Assembly: GCA_965261395.1 (NCBI GenBank) | Contig: OZ253462.1 | Location: forward strand, 4,672,001-4,736,000 | Direction of reading: 5' to 3' | Source of the DNA: Candidatus Latescibacterota bacterium | GTDB taxonomy: Bacteria; Latescibacterota; UBA2968; UBA8231 | Length of the DNA stretch: 64,000 nucleotides | Shown: positions 19,820-28,766 of the stretch, in pieces | Numbering within the stretch: position 1 is the first letter of the stretch | Layout of the letters: each line of letters starts with the position of its first letter | Notes under the pieces: generated by a model | Told to the model about the DNA's origin: nothing | Databases searched by the model: none | Seen by the model: only the letters and a program-made list of their open reading frames with translations | Program-made: the position numbers and the translations under genes

Positions 19820-20659
19820 ATGTTGTGCTTAGTCGTCGCCCTCGCGGCCGAGGCGCGCCCGCTGTTGGCTCCCCACCGCCTCCAAGGCGTGAGCGGCCAT
19901 CCCTATCGCATCTGCGCGGGTGAGCAGACGCACCTGATCGTCTCCGGCGTCGGCAAAGTGGCTGCCGCGGCCGCCACCGCGTACCTGCGCGCGCTAATCG
20001 GGGATGCGCCAGCGGCTTGGCTCAATATCGGCATCGCCGGCCACGGCAGCCAAGCAGTAGGCACGGCCCTGCTGGCACACAAGGTCGTGGATATAGCCAG
20101 CGGCAAGCTCTTTTACCCCACCTTCACCGCTTCCCCGCCCTGCCGCACCACCCTGCTACATACCGTAGATCGCGTGCAGCCGCCTGCCGGCGACGCCGCG
20201 TACGACATGGAGGCCAGCGGCTTTTGCGAGGCCGCGCAGCGCTTTGCCACCAGTGAGCGAGTCCACTGCCTCAAGGTCGTCTCCGACAACCCGCAATCCT
20301 CCTATCAGGAGCTCAATGCGGAGAAAGTGGAGGCGCTGATAGACGCTCAGCTCGATACGGTCGCCCAAGTTGGCGAACACTTGCGAGCGCTCAGTCAGCA
20401 ACTCCACGCACTGCACGCCGACCCGCCCGGCCTTGCCGAGTTGAATGCCCGCTGGCAATTTACCGCCACGCAGAAGCACCAGTTGCGCGGCTTGCTCGCG
20501 CGCTGGCAGGCGCTGGCACCGGAAACCCCTGCCGTCAACGACGACTTGCTGGTCTTGCAAAGCCGTGACGAGGTGCTAGCCCATCTTCAGCGGCAATTAG
20601 ACGATGTGGAGTTTTTCCTAACTTCAAAAGAGGCGCAAGATGGTCAGACAGAAGCCTAA
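19820..20659 (+). CDS. purine/MTA nucleoside phosphorylase-like protein (PNP_UDP_1 fold)
   Basis: VAL.AEA, SGVGKV.AA.A, NIGIAG, YDMEASGF, KVVSD. Confidence 0.75.
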   Translation: MLCLVVALAAEARPLLAPHRLQGVSGHPYRICAGEQTHLIVSGVGKVAAAAATAYLRALIGDAPAAWLNIGIAGHGSQAVGTALLAHKVVDIASGKLFYPTFTASPPCRTTLLHTVDRVQPPAGDAAYDMEASGFCEAAQRFATSERVHCLKVVSDNPQSSYQELNAEKVEALIDAQLDTVAQVGEHLRALSQQLHALHADPPGLAELNARWQFTATQKHQLRGLLARWQALAPETPAVNDDLLVLQSRDEVLAHLQRQLDDVEFFLTSKEAQDGQTEA

Positions 20660-20669
20660 CGGCGGTAGT

Positions 20670-20702
20670 TCAACCCAAATCTAAAAGGCGATCTAGACGA
20701 CC
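20670..20702 (+). repeat. direct repeat copy 1 (partner at 26949-26981)
   Basis: TCAACCcaaatCTAAAAGGCGATCTaGACGACC; 29/33 identical to copy 2, core 21/22. Confidence 0.85.
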
Positions 20703-20741
20703 TGTACGACGTTTTTTGACTCATTTAGCAAGGGAGGAGCT

Positions 20742-21530
20742 ATGATCAGCGCAGAACAATTAAGGGTCTTTGAGGAGCAGGGTGCTGTCACCATCGACAC
20801 GCCTTTGACGACCAAAGAAATCGCCGCGGCAGCAGCAGCCATCGACGCACTCCTGCCTTTTAAAGCAGCCGAACCGGACCAAGTACCGCGTTTTCGCTAC
20901 GGGGCGACCTGCAATTACTACGAGCCGGCCCTACTGGACCTGATCCAGCATCCCTTCTTTGAAGCGGTCGCCAAGCGAGTGCTGCGAGCCGATGCGATCC
21001 GCTTCTTCCAGACGGCGATTCTGGCCTCTTATCCCCAGCCGGAAAGCGAGTTCAGCTACGACCAGCACACCGATATCCAGTACAGCTTGGAGGATTGGGC
21101 CGCGACGCCACGGCGGGTCGTATGCAGTTTTTTTCTCTGGTTGACCGACGTCAACCAACGGCGTGCGCCGATGATGCACCGGCCAGGCAGCCACCGCCTC
21201 GTAGCCGCCGCGCGTTCGGCCGATCCAGTGCTAAAAGACGCGCTACCGGGGGTCCAGGGCATCAAAATGGTGGACCTGCCGCCGGAATACGACGCGCCGC
21301 AGCCGGTTTTGGCGCAAGCGGGACAGGTGACCGTGCTGACAACGTCGATGGTCCACGGCGGATCAACCAACATAGACAACGAGCCGCGCAAGGTGCTGGT
21401 TATGACCTATACTGCGGCAGGGGTCGCGATCAGCCTACCCGAAAATCAAGCGGCGACCAAGCGAGAATACGACGCTAAACTAAGAGAGCTTCTGCGGCCC
21501 GAACGGGCGCACTTAGTGGATTCGGACTAA
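20742..21530 (+). CDS. phytanoyl-CoA dioxygenase (PhyH) family Fe(II)/2OG dioxygenase
   Basis: QL..FEEQG, HTD, GSHR, AGQV.....VHGG..N....R; RBS GGGAGG. Confidence 0.85.
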   Translation: MISAEQLRVFEEQGAVTIDTPLTTKEIAAAAAAIDALLPFKAAEPDQVPRFRYGATCNYYEPALLDLIQHPFFEAVAKRVLRADAIRFFQTAILASYPQPESEFSYDQHTDIQYSLEDWAATPRRVVCSFFLWLTDVNQRRAPMMHRPGSHRLVAAARSADPVLKDALPGVQGIKMVDLPPEYDAPQPVLAQAGQVTVLTTSMVHGGSTNIDNEPRKVLVMTYTAAGVAISLPENQAATKREYDAKLRELLRPERAHLVDSD

Positions 21531-21547
21531 ACGAACCATATATCGTA

Positions 21548-22453
21548 TTAAGCGAGATCCAAGCCGCGAGCTCGCCGTCGAGCTTGGAATCGCTCGGCAT
21601 ACACCATGCCGAGCACGCCGGCCAAGATCAAAATCCCACCGCCAGTCAGGCTCCAGGTTACTGGTTCCCCCAAGACCCAGTGGGCCAGCGCGATCTGCCC
21701 GATGGGCGTCGTAGCGGTCAGCGTACCGACCAGCACGGCACTGAACCGTTTCATGCCCTCCGAGACCAAAACAAACGCACAGCCAGTGGCCAACACGCCC
21801 AGCACGAGCACCACAATCCACGTGGCCGCCGTCGGCTCCGAGCGCAGTTGGAAATGGGTCGCGGCAAGTGCGCCCGTGACTACCACACCCATCGTCATCA
21901 TGGGGATCAGTATCGCCGCGGTCCCCGCCCGCGGCGCAAGTGCCTTGTTGGCGAGCGCGTATATCCCCCAGCCGATCCCCGCGAACAGCATCAGCACATT
22001 GCCCAGTACATAGCGCGGTGCGAACAGGTGGCCCACATCCTCGCGCACCCCCACAACCACCGCGACTCCGGCCAGCACCAGCGCCATACCCGCTATTTTC
22101 CCCGCGCCCAACCGCTCGCGCAGCACGGCGACGGCCAGCACCGTCAGCGCGACGTATTGCACTTGGACGACCAACGAGCCAGCGCTGGCCGTGGTATAAC
22201 TCAGCGACAACGCATAGAGCGAGAAGTTCAGGCTTATGCCCAGTCCCCCGATCACATGCCACCAAGACCATTGAATGTCCCGCAGGGTATGGCCGCGTGC
22301 GAAAAAGGCGACCGACACAACCGTCGCACCTTGCAGCAACCGGAGGAAGGCGATCGCGAACGGATCGAAAACGGGAAATAGCAGTTTCACCAGCACCGGG
22401 ATGACGCTCCACAACGCGAACACCCCCAGCATACACAGTATCCCGATCCCCAT
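21548..22453 (-). CDS. DMT/EamA family transporter
   Basis: Two EamA repeats with about 10 TM segments; LRERL and LGEPVT. Confidence 0.88.
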   Translation of the reverse strand: MGIGILCMLGVFALWSVIPVLVKLLFPVFDPFAIAFLRLLQGATVVSVAFFARGHTLRDIQWSWWHVIGGLGISLNFSLYALSLSYTTASAGSLVVQVQYVALTVLAVAVLRERLGAGKIAGMALVLAGVAVVVGVREDVGHLFAPRYVLGNVLMLFAGIGWGIYALANKALAPRAGTAAILIPMMTMGVVVTGALAATHFQLRSEPTAATWIVVLVLGVLATGCAFVLVSEGMKRFSAVLVGTLTATTPIGQIALAHWVLGEPVTWSLTGGGILILAGVLGMVYAERFQARRRARGLDLA

Positions 22454-22482
22454 CCTGCCGATCCCTCTCCTATAGGTAGGGG

Positions 22483-23619
22483 CTAGTCCTCGACGTTGAA
22501 TACGCCTCTGGAGAGGTGCCCGACGCGCAGCGCAATATCAAGCTCGCTCCTATAGCGCTTGACCAACCGCAACTCCTGCGCCGTCATCAGCGAAACCGCG
22601 CAGCCCGCTGAGCCTGCCCGGCTGGTCCGGCCGACCCGGTGCAGGTAGTCCTTGCTCTGCGTCGGGATATCAAAATTGAATACGTGCGACACGCCCCTGA
22701 TGTCGAGCCCGCGGGCGGCGATATCGGAGGCAATCAGGACCTTGGCGTCCGCCTGGCGAAAATCGTCAATGGCCTTTTTGCGCCGCGCGTTGTCGTGCGC
22801 GCCGTGCAGGTCAACGACCGCGATCTGGTGATGGGCTAGCTTTGCGGCAAGCACTTCGGCATTGGCGGTGCGGTGCATAAAAACGATAGCGCGCTCAGGG
22901 CGGAGCGCCCGGAGCAGTTTGCGCAATACCTCCGGCTTGTCGCGCTCCTCGCATTCGATATAGAAATGTTCGATCGCGGCATTGACTTGGTCGGCACCGG
23001 CGCGGATCTGCACCAAGCCGGGCGCGAGCGCTGCGGCTTCCTGCGAAGTCTCGGCCCGTTGAGTCGCGGATACGAAAACGAGTCGCCGCTCGCGCAGGGT
23101 CGCCTTGATTATGCCGCGTATCTCCGTCAGGCTCTCCCCGACCAATAGCCGATCTACCTCATCGACTATTATGCTCTTAACCGTATGCGGCTTGACCTTT
23201 CTTATCTCGATCAGCTCGCTTATGCGCCCCGGGGTCCCGACGATGATATGCGGCTTGCTCTTCAGCTTTTCCAACTGCCGCTTGGTCGAAACTCCGCCAA
23301 TAAGCGCTTGTACGCGGATAGGCAATCCGGCTTGCTGTGCCAAATCGCGGCCGACTGCAAAAATCTGCATCGCCAACTCGTGCGTCGGCACCACGATGAT
23401 CACCTGCAGGGCGCGCTGTCCGGGGTCGATCTGGGCAAATAGCGGCAACAGATACGCCAAGGTCTTGCCCGTCCCCGTTTCAGCGCTGAGATAGGCGTTT
23501 TTTCCGGCCAACAGGGCGGGTATCGCTTCGACTTGAATGACCGTGGGCTCGGTGATGCCGTCTGCCGCCAACGCCGATTCAAGCGCCGGTATTATCCCTA
23601 GGTCGCTGAAGCTCATCAT
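22483..23619 (-). CDS. DEAD/DEAH-box RNA helicase (minimal core)
   Basis: Q-motif, TGTGKT, PTHEL, GTPGR, DEVD, SAT, ARGLD, HRVGRTSR. Confidence 0.93.
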   Translation of the reverse strand: MMSFSDLGIIPALESALAADGITEPTVIQVEAIPALLAGKNAYLSAETGTGKTLAYLLPLFAQIDPGQRALQVIIVVPTHELAMQIFAVGRDLAQQAGLPIRVQALIGGVSTKRQLEKLKSKPHIIVGTPGRISELIEIRKVKPHTVKSIIVDEVDRLLVGESLTEIRGIIKATLRERRLVFVSATQRAETSQEAAALAPGLVQIRAGADQVNAAIEHFYIECEERDKPEVLRKLLRALRPERAIVFMHRTANAEVLAAKLAHHQIAVVDLHGAHDNARRKKAIDDFRQADAKVLIASDIAARGLDIRGVSHVFNFDIPTQSKDYLHRVGRTSRAGSAGCAVSLMTAQELRLVKRYRSELDIALRVGHLSRGVFNVED

Positions 23620-23656
23620 CTCGCTATAAACCTTCGCTAGTTATGCCAAAGATTAA

Positions 23657-23756
23657 GAGGCCCTAACAAAACTGGATTCCCGCTTTCGCGGGAATGACAT
23701 GGGTGGGCGGGACGCCCGCGTTCCGAGGATCGCCTAGCAGGTTTTGTTAGAATCTC
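23657..23756. mobile_element. 100-bp MITE with IS5/IS1031-like ends and a TAA target duplication
   Basis: TIRs GAGGCCCTAACAAAAC and (reverse complement) GAGATTCTAACAAAAC match 13/16; TAA on both sides (23654-56, 23757-59); non-coding. Confidence 0.65.
23672..23698. repeat. dRS3-like palindromic repeat CTGGATTCCCGCTTTCGCGGGAATGAC
   Basis: ATTCCC-N8-GGGAAT at 23676-23695 with a perfect 8-bp stem. Confidence 0.8.
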
Positions 23757-23764
23757 TAAGGGCA

Positions 23765-24634
23765 TCACTGCTTCACTCCCGTCAGGCTAATGCCTTCGAC
23801 GAAGTAGCGTTGGGCGGCAAAGAACAGCATCACGATCGGTATCGTCACGGCTATATTCGCGGCCATCAGCAGATTCCACTGCGTCCCGAACACGCTGGCC
23901 TGCGACCCGCGGACGAAGTTTTGCAGCGCGATGGCGAAGGTGAATTTGCTCTCGTCCTCCAGATACAGCAGCGGGGTGAAAAAGTCGTTCCAGGTCCAGA
24001 TGAAGGTAAACACGGCGACGACCATCAGCACTGGCTTGCTCAAGGGGACTACGACCCGGCAGAAAATGCCGATTTCGCTACACCCGTCGATCCGCGCCGC
24101 TTCGATGAGGCTCCCCGGAATGCCTCTAAAAAAACTGTGCAGCAGGAAGATAAAAAATGAGTTGATGGCGAAAAAAGCCGGGACCCAAAGCGGGTAGAGG
24201 GTGTCGTACCAGCCGAAATACTTCACGAAGAGCACAAACGTCGGGATAGAAAGGATGATCGCCGGCAGCATCATCGCGCTCAGCATCACTGCGAATAGCG
24301 GCCTGTTCCAACGGCATTGGTAACGAGCGAATCCCCAAGCGACCAAGGAGCAGGACGTCAGGTTGCCGATGATGTTTAGCAAGGTGACGCTGACCGTGTT
24401 TTTCAAGGCCGGCAGGAAATTGAATGGCCGATAACTCGCCGTCGGGTCAAAGAACGCCCTATAAAAATTCTCGAAATGGAACGACGTCGGGATGAGGGTC
24501 GGCTCGGGCGCATAGACTTCGGGCATGCTCTTGAGCGCAGTGCTGACCATCGCCATCACCGGCATCAGCATCAGCACGCAACCGGCGAGCAGCAACGCGT
24601 AGACGAAGGGCCGGAACGCCTTGGTCTTATTCAT
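23765..24634 (-). CDS. carbohydrate ABC transporter permease (MalG-like)
   Basis: EAARIDG, VVPLSKP, WNDFF.PL. Confidence 0.92.
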   Translation of the reverse strand: MNKTKAFRPFVYALLLAGCVLMLMPVMAMVSTALKSMPEVYAPEPTLIPTSFHFENFYRAFFDPTASYRPFNFLPALKNTVSVTLLNIIGNLTSCSLVAWGFARYQCRWNRPLFAVMLSAMMLPAIILSIPTFVLFVKYFGWYDTLYPLWVPAFFAINSFFIFLLHSFFRGIPGSLIEAARIDGCSEIGIFCRVVVPLSKPVLMVVAVFTFIWTWNDFFTPLLYLEDESKFTFAIALQNFVRGSQASVFGTQWNLLMAANIAVTIPIVMLFFAAQRYFVEGISLTGVKQ

Positions 24635-25529
24635 CGTCCGGTGCCCATCTCTTCTTTAGGTAAAACTGCACGAGGGTCATCATCAATATCGCGACCATCA
24701 GGATCCAGGCCAGGGCGCAGGCGAGCCCGAACCTGCCGTACTGGAAGGCGTTCTCGTAGATATTGAGCACGTAGAAAAACACCGCCTTCTCGTCGATGTT
24801 GGCCCCGCCGATACTGCGAAAGACGAAAGCCTGCGTAAAGACCTGGAACGAAGCGATAATACCGACGACGATATTGAAAAATATGACGGGAAATATGGCG
24901 GGGACCGTCACGTAGCAGAAGCGCTGCCAAGTGTTGGCACCATCAACTGTCGCCGCTTCGCTGAGACTCTTCGGCACTTCCTGTAGCCCCGCGAGGAAGA
25001 TCATCATGGTATTGCCGAAACCCCATACGGCGATCATGACTAGGCACCCCAGCGTATGATCCATGAGCCAGTCGGGGCCGTCGCCGCCGAGAATGGCCGT
25101 GTAGGCCGTGTTGAGATAGCCGTATTTGGGGTTGAAGACGAACGCCCAAGTGATCGTCGTCGCCACCGCCGGCAAGAGCGAGGGCAGGAAGAAAACGGTG
25201 CGGAAGTAGCTCATCCCCTTGATCTTGGGCACGTTGAGCATCAGCGCCGCGAGCAGGGCCACCGACACACCAAGCGGCACCGCGAGCACGCTATAGGCGA
25301 TGGTCACTTTCACGCTATTGTAGAAACTCGGCTCCCAGCCCTTGAAGATCACCGCGTAATTGTCGAGGCCGACCCATCGGGGCGGGTCGCTGATCGAATA
25401 CTTGGTAAACGACAGATAGACCGAGCTGAGCACCGGCCCGAGGATAAACACCGTGAACCCGACCAGCCACGGCGAGATAAAGAGGAAGAAATACCGGGTA
25501 TCCCGACTTTTTTCGTTCAAACTCGCCAC
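24627..25529 (-). CDS. carbohydrate ABC transporter permease (MalF-like)
   Basis: SPWLVGF, WVGLDNY, FLAGLQ.VP..L.EAA.VDGA. Confidence 0.92.
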   Translation of the reverse strand: MASLNEKSRDTRYFFLFISPWLVGFTVFILGPVLSSVYLSFTKYSISDPPRWVGLDNYAVIFKGWEPSFYNSVKVTIAYSVLAVPLGVSVALLAALMLNVPKIKGMSYFRTVFFLPSLLPAVATTITWAFVFNPKYGYLNTAYTAILGGDGPDWLMDHTLGCLVMIAVWGFGNTMMIFLAGLQEVPKSLSEAATVDGANTWQRFCYVTVPAIFPVIFFNIVVGIIASFQVFTQAFVFRSIGGANIDEKAVFFYVLNIYENAFQYGRFGLACALAWILMVAILMMTLVQFYLKKRWAPDDE

Positions 25530-25532
25530 TCC

Positions 25533-26882
25533 TTATCGCCCGGCATAATCGTACTCGGGGTTGGGGCGGTCGATCATTTTCATGGCGTTGGTCACCTCTG
25601 CGGCGATGGCCCTACCACATTCTTCAGCCGTCAATTCGCCGGCGAGCATCGCCGCTACGTACGGCAGGGCGTGACGCTGGGCCAGCGCCGCAAACTCCGG
25701 CAATAGCGACTGGTCGCGCAGCGCTGTTGCGTAGGCGTCGAAGACGATGCCCTTGTTCTGCGGATCCACCGCGTAGCGGCCGTTGACGTCCTTGGTGAAA
25801 AACTCGGCGGCGGCAACCGACTTGCGCACGGGCACATAGCCGGCGGCGCAGAGTTTGCGGTGGCTCTCGTAACTGGCGAAGTACTTGATAAAATCCCAGG
25901 CCAGTTCCCGGTGCGGGCTCTTCTTGTTGATACCCATACCGACCGCAACCCTTTCGCTGCCGCGATTGTTGCTCGGATGCTTGGGCAGGAGCGCGACGTC
26001 CCAGCGAAACTCGGCGTTCTTGCGCAACCCGACCCAGTTTTCGGTATGCCCGCCCCATTCCATCGCCGAATGCTGGTTGACGAACATATACGGCAAGATG
26101 TTTTTGGGCTCCGGGCTTACTTTATGCACGTTGACGAGATCGTTAAAAAACTGCAAAGCCTCAATCGCCGGCGGAGCATCCATCGGGCTGTGGTGCCAAT
26201 CGTCGCCGATGAACTGGCCGCCGGCCTGATGCACATGGCAGAGCCACTCCACCCACCATCCGGCAACGATCGTCGTGCCGTATTTGTCCTCGCCCCGCCC
26301 GCGGTAGAACTGAGTCAATTCCCGCGCCTGCTCCACATAGTCTTCCCAGGTCCAGTCGTTGTTCGGCAGCGCGACACCGGCTGCGGCGAACATATCGATA
26401 TTGTAGTAGAGCAGCGATACATTAAAAAAATAAGGGACGAGGAACAGGTCGCCGGCGAAGCGGCAGCTTTCTATGATATCCGGATAGAAATCGTCGGGTT
26501 GGTGTTCGGCTTGGTCCTTGGCGACCAGATCGTCTAGCGGCAGCATCACGTTTTTGTAGCGATGCAAAGAAAACGTGTTGGTCGAGATAATATCGGGCAG
26601 CTTATTGGCCGCCTCGTAGATCGAAGCCTTTTGGTTGATATCGTCGATCAGCACGATGACGACATCGGGATGCTGCGCTTCGAATTCCCGCTTTACAGCA
26701 TTCCACACCTCGTTGATTTCGGACAGGTTCATTTCGAAGGAAACGCGCAGCACCCGCTTGCCGGCGTGCTGGTCTTCGAGCGAGGTGCCACGGGTCAAAT
26801 TGGCCAGTATAACCACCGACGCGACCAGCAATGCCAGCACGACAAAAGGCCCGTTCAGGGATACGCGTCGTTTATCCGCCAA
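25533..26882 (-). CDS. sugar ABC transporter substrate-binding protein
   Basis: N-terminal membrane anchor; FEAQHPD, LYYN.DMF..AGV..P..DWTWED, AWDFIKY. Confidence 0.88.
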   Translation of the reverse strand: MADKRRVSLNGPFVVLALLVASVVILANLTRGTSLEDQHAGKRVLRVSFEMNLSEINEVWNAVKREFEAQHPDVVIVLIDDINQKASIYEAANKLPDIISTNTFSLHRYKNVMLPLDDLVAKDQAEHQPDDFYPDIIESCRFAGDLFLVPYFFNVSLLYYNIDMFAAAGVALPNNDWTWEDYVEQARELTQFYRGRGEDKYGTTIVAGWWVEWLCHVHQAGGQFIGDDWHHSPMDAPPAIEALQFFNDLVNVHKVSPEPKNILPYMFVNQHSAMEWGGHTENWVGLRKNAEFRWDVALLPKHPSNNRGSERVAVGMGINKKSPHRELAWDFIKYFASYESHRKLCAAGYVPVRKSVAAAEFFTKDVNGRYAVDPQNKGIVFDAYATALRDQSLLPEFAALAQRHALPYVAAMLAGELTAEECGRAIAAEVTNAMKMIDRPNPEYDYAGR

Positions 26883-26948
26883 TGTTCAACTTCTTCATTG
26901 CCAACCTTCCTTTGCGTGAAGGCTTTTTTCCCCGTATGTATAACCTAC

Positions 26949-26981
26949 TCAACCTATAGCTAAAAGGCGATCTGGACGACC
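26949..26981 (+). repeat. direct repeat copy 2 (partner at 20670-20702)
   Basis: TCAACCtatagCTAAAAGGCGATCTgGACGACC, ending 10 nt before ATG 26992. Confidence 0.85.
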
Positions 26982-26991
26982 CTTTCTGAAC

Positions 26992-27999
26992 ATGTTCGAT
27001 TTCATCTACGCCGAAGAGGCCATCCTCGACCACCCGCGCACCCGTGCCCTGCTGACCCGCTTCCCTCGCGCTCAGCTAGTCCCCTGTGCCCGCTACGGGG
27101 AAGTCTTCAACCGCACGGCGCAAAACTTCCGCCTGCAAAAGCGCCGCCCCGCGCTCATCCTCGCCCACAAGGCCGGACGACGCGTCCTCCCCGCACCCGA
27201 CGGCTACGGCATCGGCGGCGAGCGCAATTACTATTTTTCGCATCTACTCAACTGCCCCTACGACTGCCGCTACTGCTTCCTCCAGGGCCTGTATCGTTCG
27301 GCGCACTTGGTCCTCTTTGTCAACTACGAAGACTTCCAGCAGGACATCGCCGCACACATCGCCGCGGACGCACCCGATACGCCCTATTTCTTCTCCGGCT
27401 ACGACTGCGACAGCCTCGCGCTGGAGGGCATTACCCATTTTACAGCCGACTTCCTCCCCTTCTTTGCCGACCATCCGCAGGCGTACTTTGAATTGCGCAC
27501 CAAGAGCGTGCGCAGCAAAACCCTACTCGCCACCGAGCCGCTATCCAACTGCGTCGTCGCCTTCAGCATGACCCCGCCGGCCCTAGCCGATCAATTCGAG
27601 GCCGGCGCGCCTCCAGTCGCCCGGCGCTTGGAGGCCATCGCCGCCCTGCAAGAGCGCGGCTGGCCCATCGGGCTGCGCTTTGATCCGCTGATCTACGACC
27701 ACGCCTACGAAGAGCGATACCGCGACCTGTTCGCCCTCGTGTTCTCCAAGGTTCGTCGCGAGGGCCTGCACTCGGTTAGCTTGGGCCAGTTCCGCCTGCC
27801 GCAGGGCATGTACAAAACCATGCACAAGCTCTACCCGGACGAAAAGCTCCTCGCTTATGGCTTGGAAGAAAAAGACGGCATGGTCTCCTATCGGCCCACC
27901 TTGGCCCAAAAGCTACACGACTTTTGCGCGGATCAATTGCTCCAGTACATTCCCGCCGAGCTTTTCTTCCCCTGTCCCTCCACCACCCTACAGGTCTGA
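26992..27999 (+). CDS. spore photoproduct lyase (SPL) family radical SAM protein
   Basis: NCPYDCRYCFLQG (CxxxCxxC), FVNYED, DCDSLA.E, ELRTKS, RFDPLI. Confidence 0.85.
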   Translation: MFDFIYAEEAILDHPRTRALLTRFPRAQLVPCARYGEVFNRTAQNFRLQKRRPALILAHKAGRRVLPAPDGYGIGGERNYYFSHLLNCPYDCRYCFLQGLYRSAHLVLFVNYEDFQQDIAAHIAADAPDTPYFFSGYDCDSLALEGITHFTADFLPFFADHPQAYFELRTKSVRSKTLLATEPLSNCVVAFSMTPPALADQFEAGAPPVARRLEAIAALQERGWPIGLRFDPLIYDHAYEERYRDLFALVFSKVRREGLHSVSLGQFRLPQGMYKTMHKLYPDEKLLAYGLEEKDGMVSYRPTLAQKLHDFCADQLLQYIPAELFFPCPSTTLQV

Positions 28000-28000
28000 T

Positions 28001-28711
28001 ATGCGCGTCTTAGTCACCGGTGCCAGTTCCGGCATTGGCCGCGCCGTCTGTGAAAGGCTGCTCGCCGACGGCCATAGCGCCATCGGCATTGCCCGCGACT
28101 TCGGCAAATTTCCCTGCGCTGACCACCGCTTCGAGCCACACGCCATCGACCTCGCCGACCTCGACCAACTCCCCGAGCACCTACAGACCCTCGTCGCCGC
28201 CTACCCAGCCCTCGACGCCCTAGTCCTCAACGCCGGCGTCGGCCGCTTCGGCACCCTAGAGCAATTCTCCTACAGCCAAATCCGCGCCCTGATTGATCTC
28301 AACTTCACCAGTCACGTCTTCGTCGCCCGCGCGTTCCTGCCCACGCTCAAAAAGGCCGGGCGCGGGCACTTGGTCTTTATGGGATCGGAGGCCGCGCTCG
28401 CTGGCACCGCCCAAGGCAGCTTGTATTGCGCGGCTAAATTCGCCCTGCGCGGCCTCGCCCAAGCCCTGCGCGCCGAGTGCGCCCGCGCTGGCATCCGCGT
28501 AACCTTGGTCAACCCCGGTATGGTCCAATCCCCCTTTTTCGACGAATTAGACTTTCGGCCCGGCCCGGCCTTTGACAACTACATCCTGCCGGAAGATGTC
28601 GCCGAGGTCATCGTCCAAGCCCTGACAGCGCGCGACGGCACGGTACTCGACGAAATCAACCTCTCGCCGCAAAAAAAAGTGATCGAGTTTGGCGCAAAAA
28701 ATAAAAAGTAG
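28001..28711 (+). CDS. SDR family oxidoreductase
   Basis: Start at ATG 28001; VTGASSGIG, NAG.G, YCAAKF, NPGMV. Confidence 0.92.
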   Translation: MRVLVTGASSGIGRAVCERLLADGHSAIGIARDFGKFPCADHRFEPHAIDLADLDQLPEHLQTLVAAYPALDALVLNAGVGRFGTLEQFSYSQIRALIDLNFTSHVFVARAFLPTLKKAGRGHLVFMGSEAALAGTAQGSLYCAAKFALRGLAQALRAECARAGIRVTLVNPGMVQSPFFDELDFRPGPAFDNYILPEDVAEVIVQALTARDGTVLDEINLSPQKKVIEFGAKNKK

Positions 28712-28766
28712 CGGGCGCTAGCTGTTTGGTGTTTAACCCGTACCCATAGCAAGGAACCCAACGACC

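Noticed and set aside
23765-26882. Sugar ABC cluster without an ATPase, and RND pair (29739-33894) without an outer-membrane factor
   Set aside because: Both are common; shared MsmK/MalK-type ATPases and TolC-like channels are usually encoded elsewhere.
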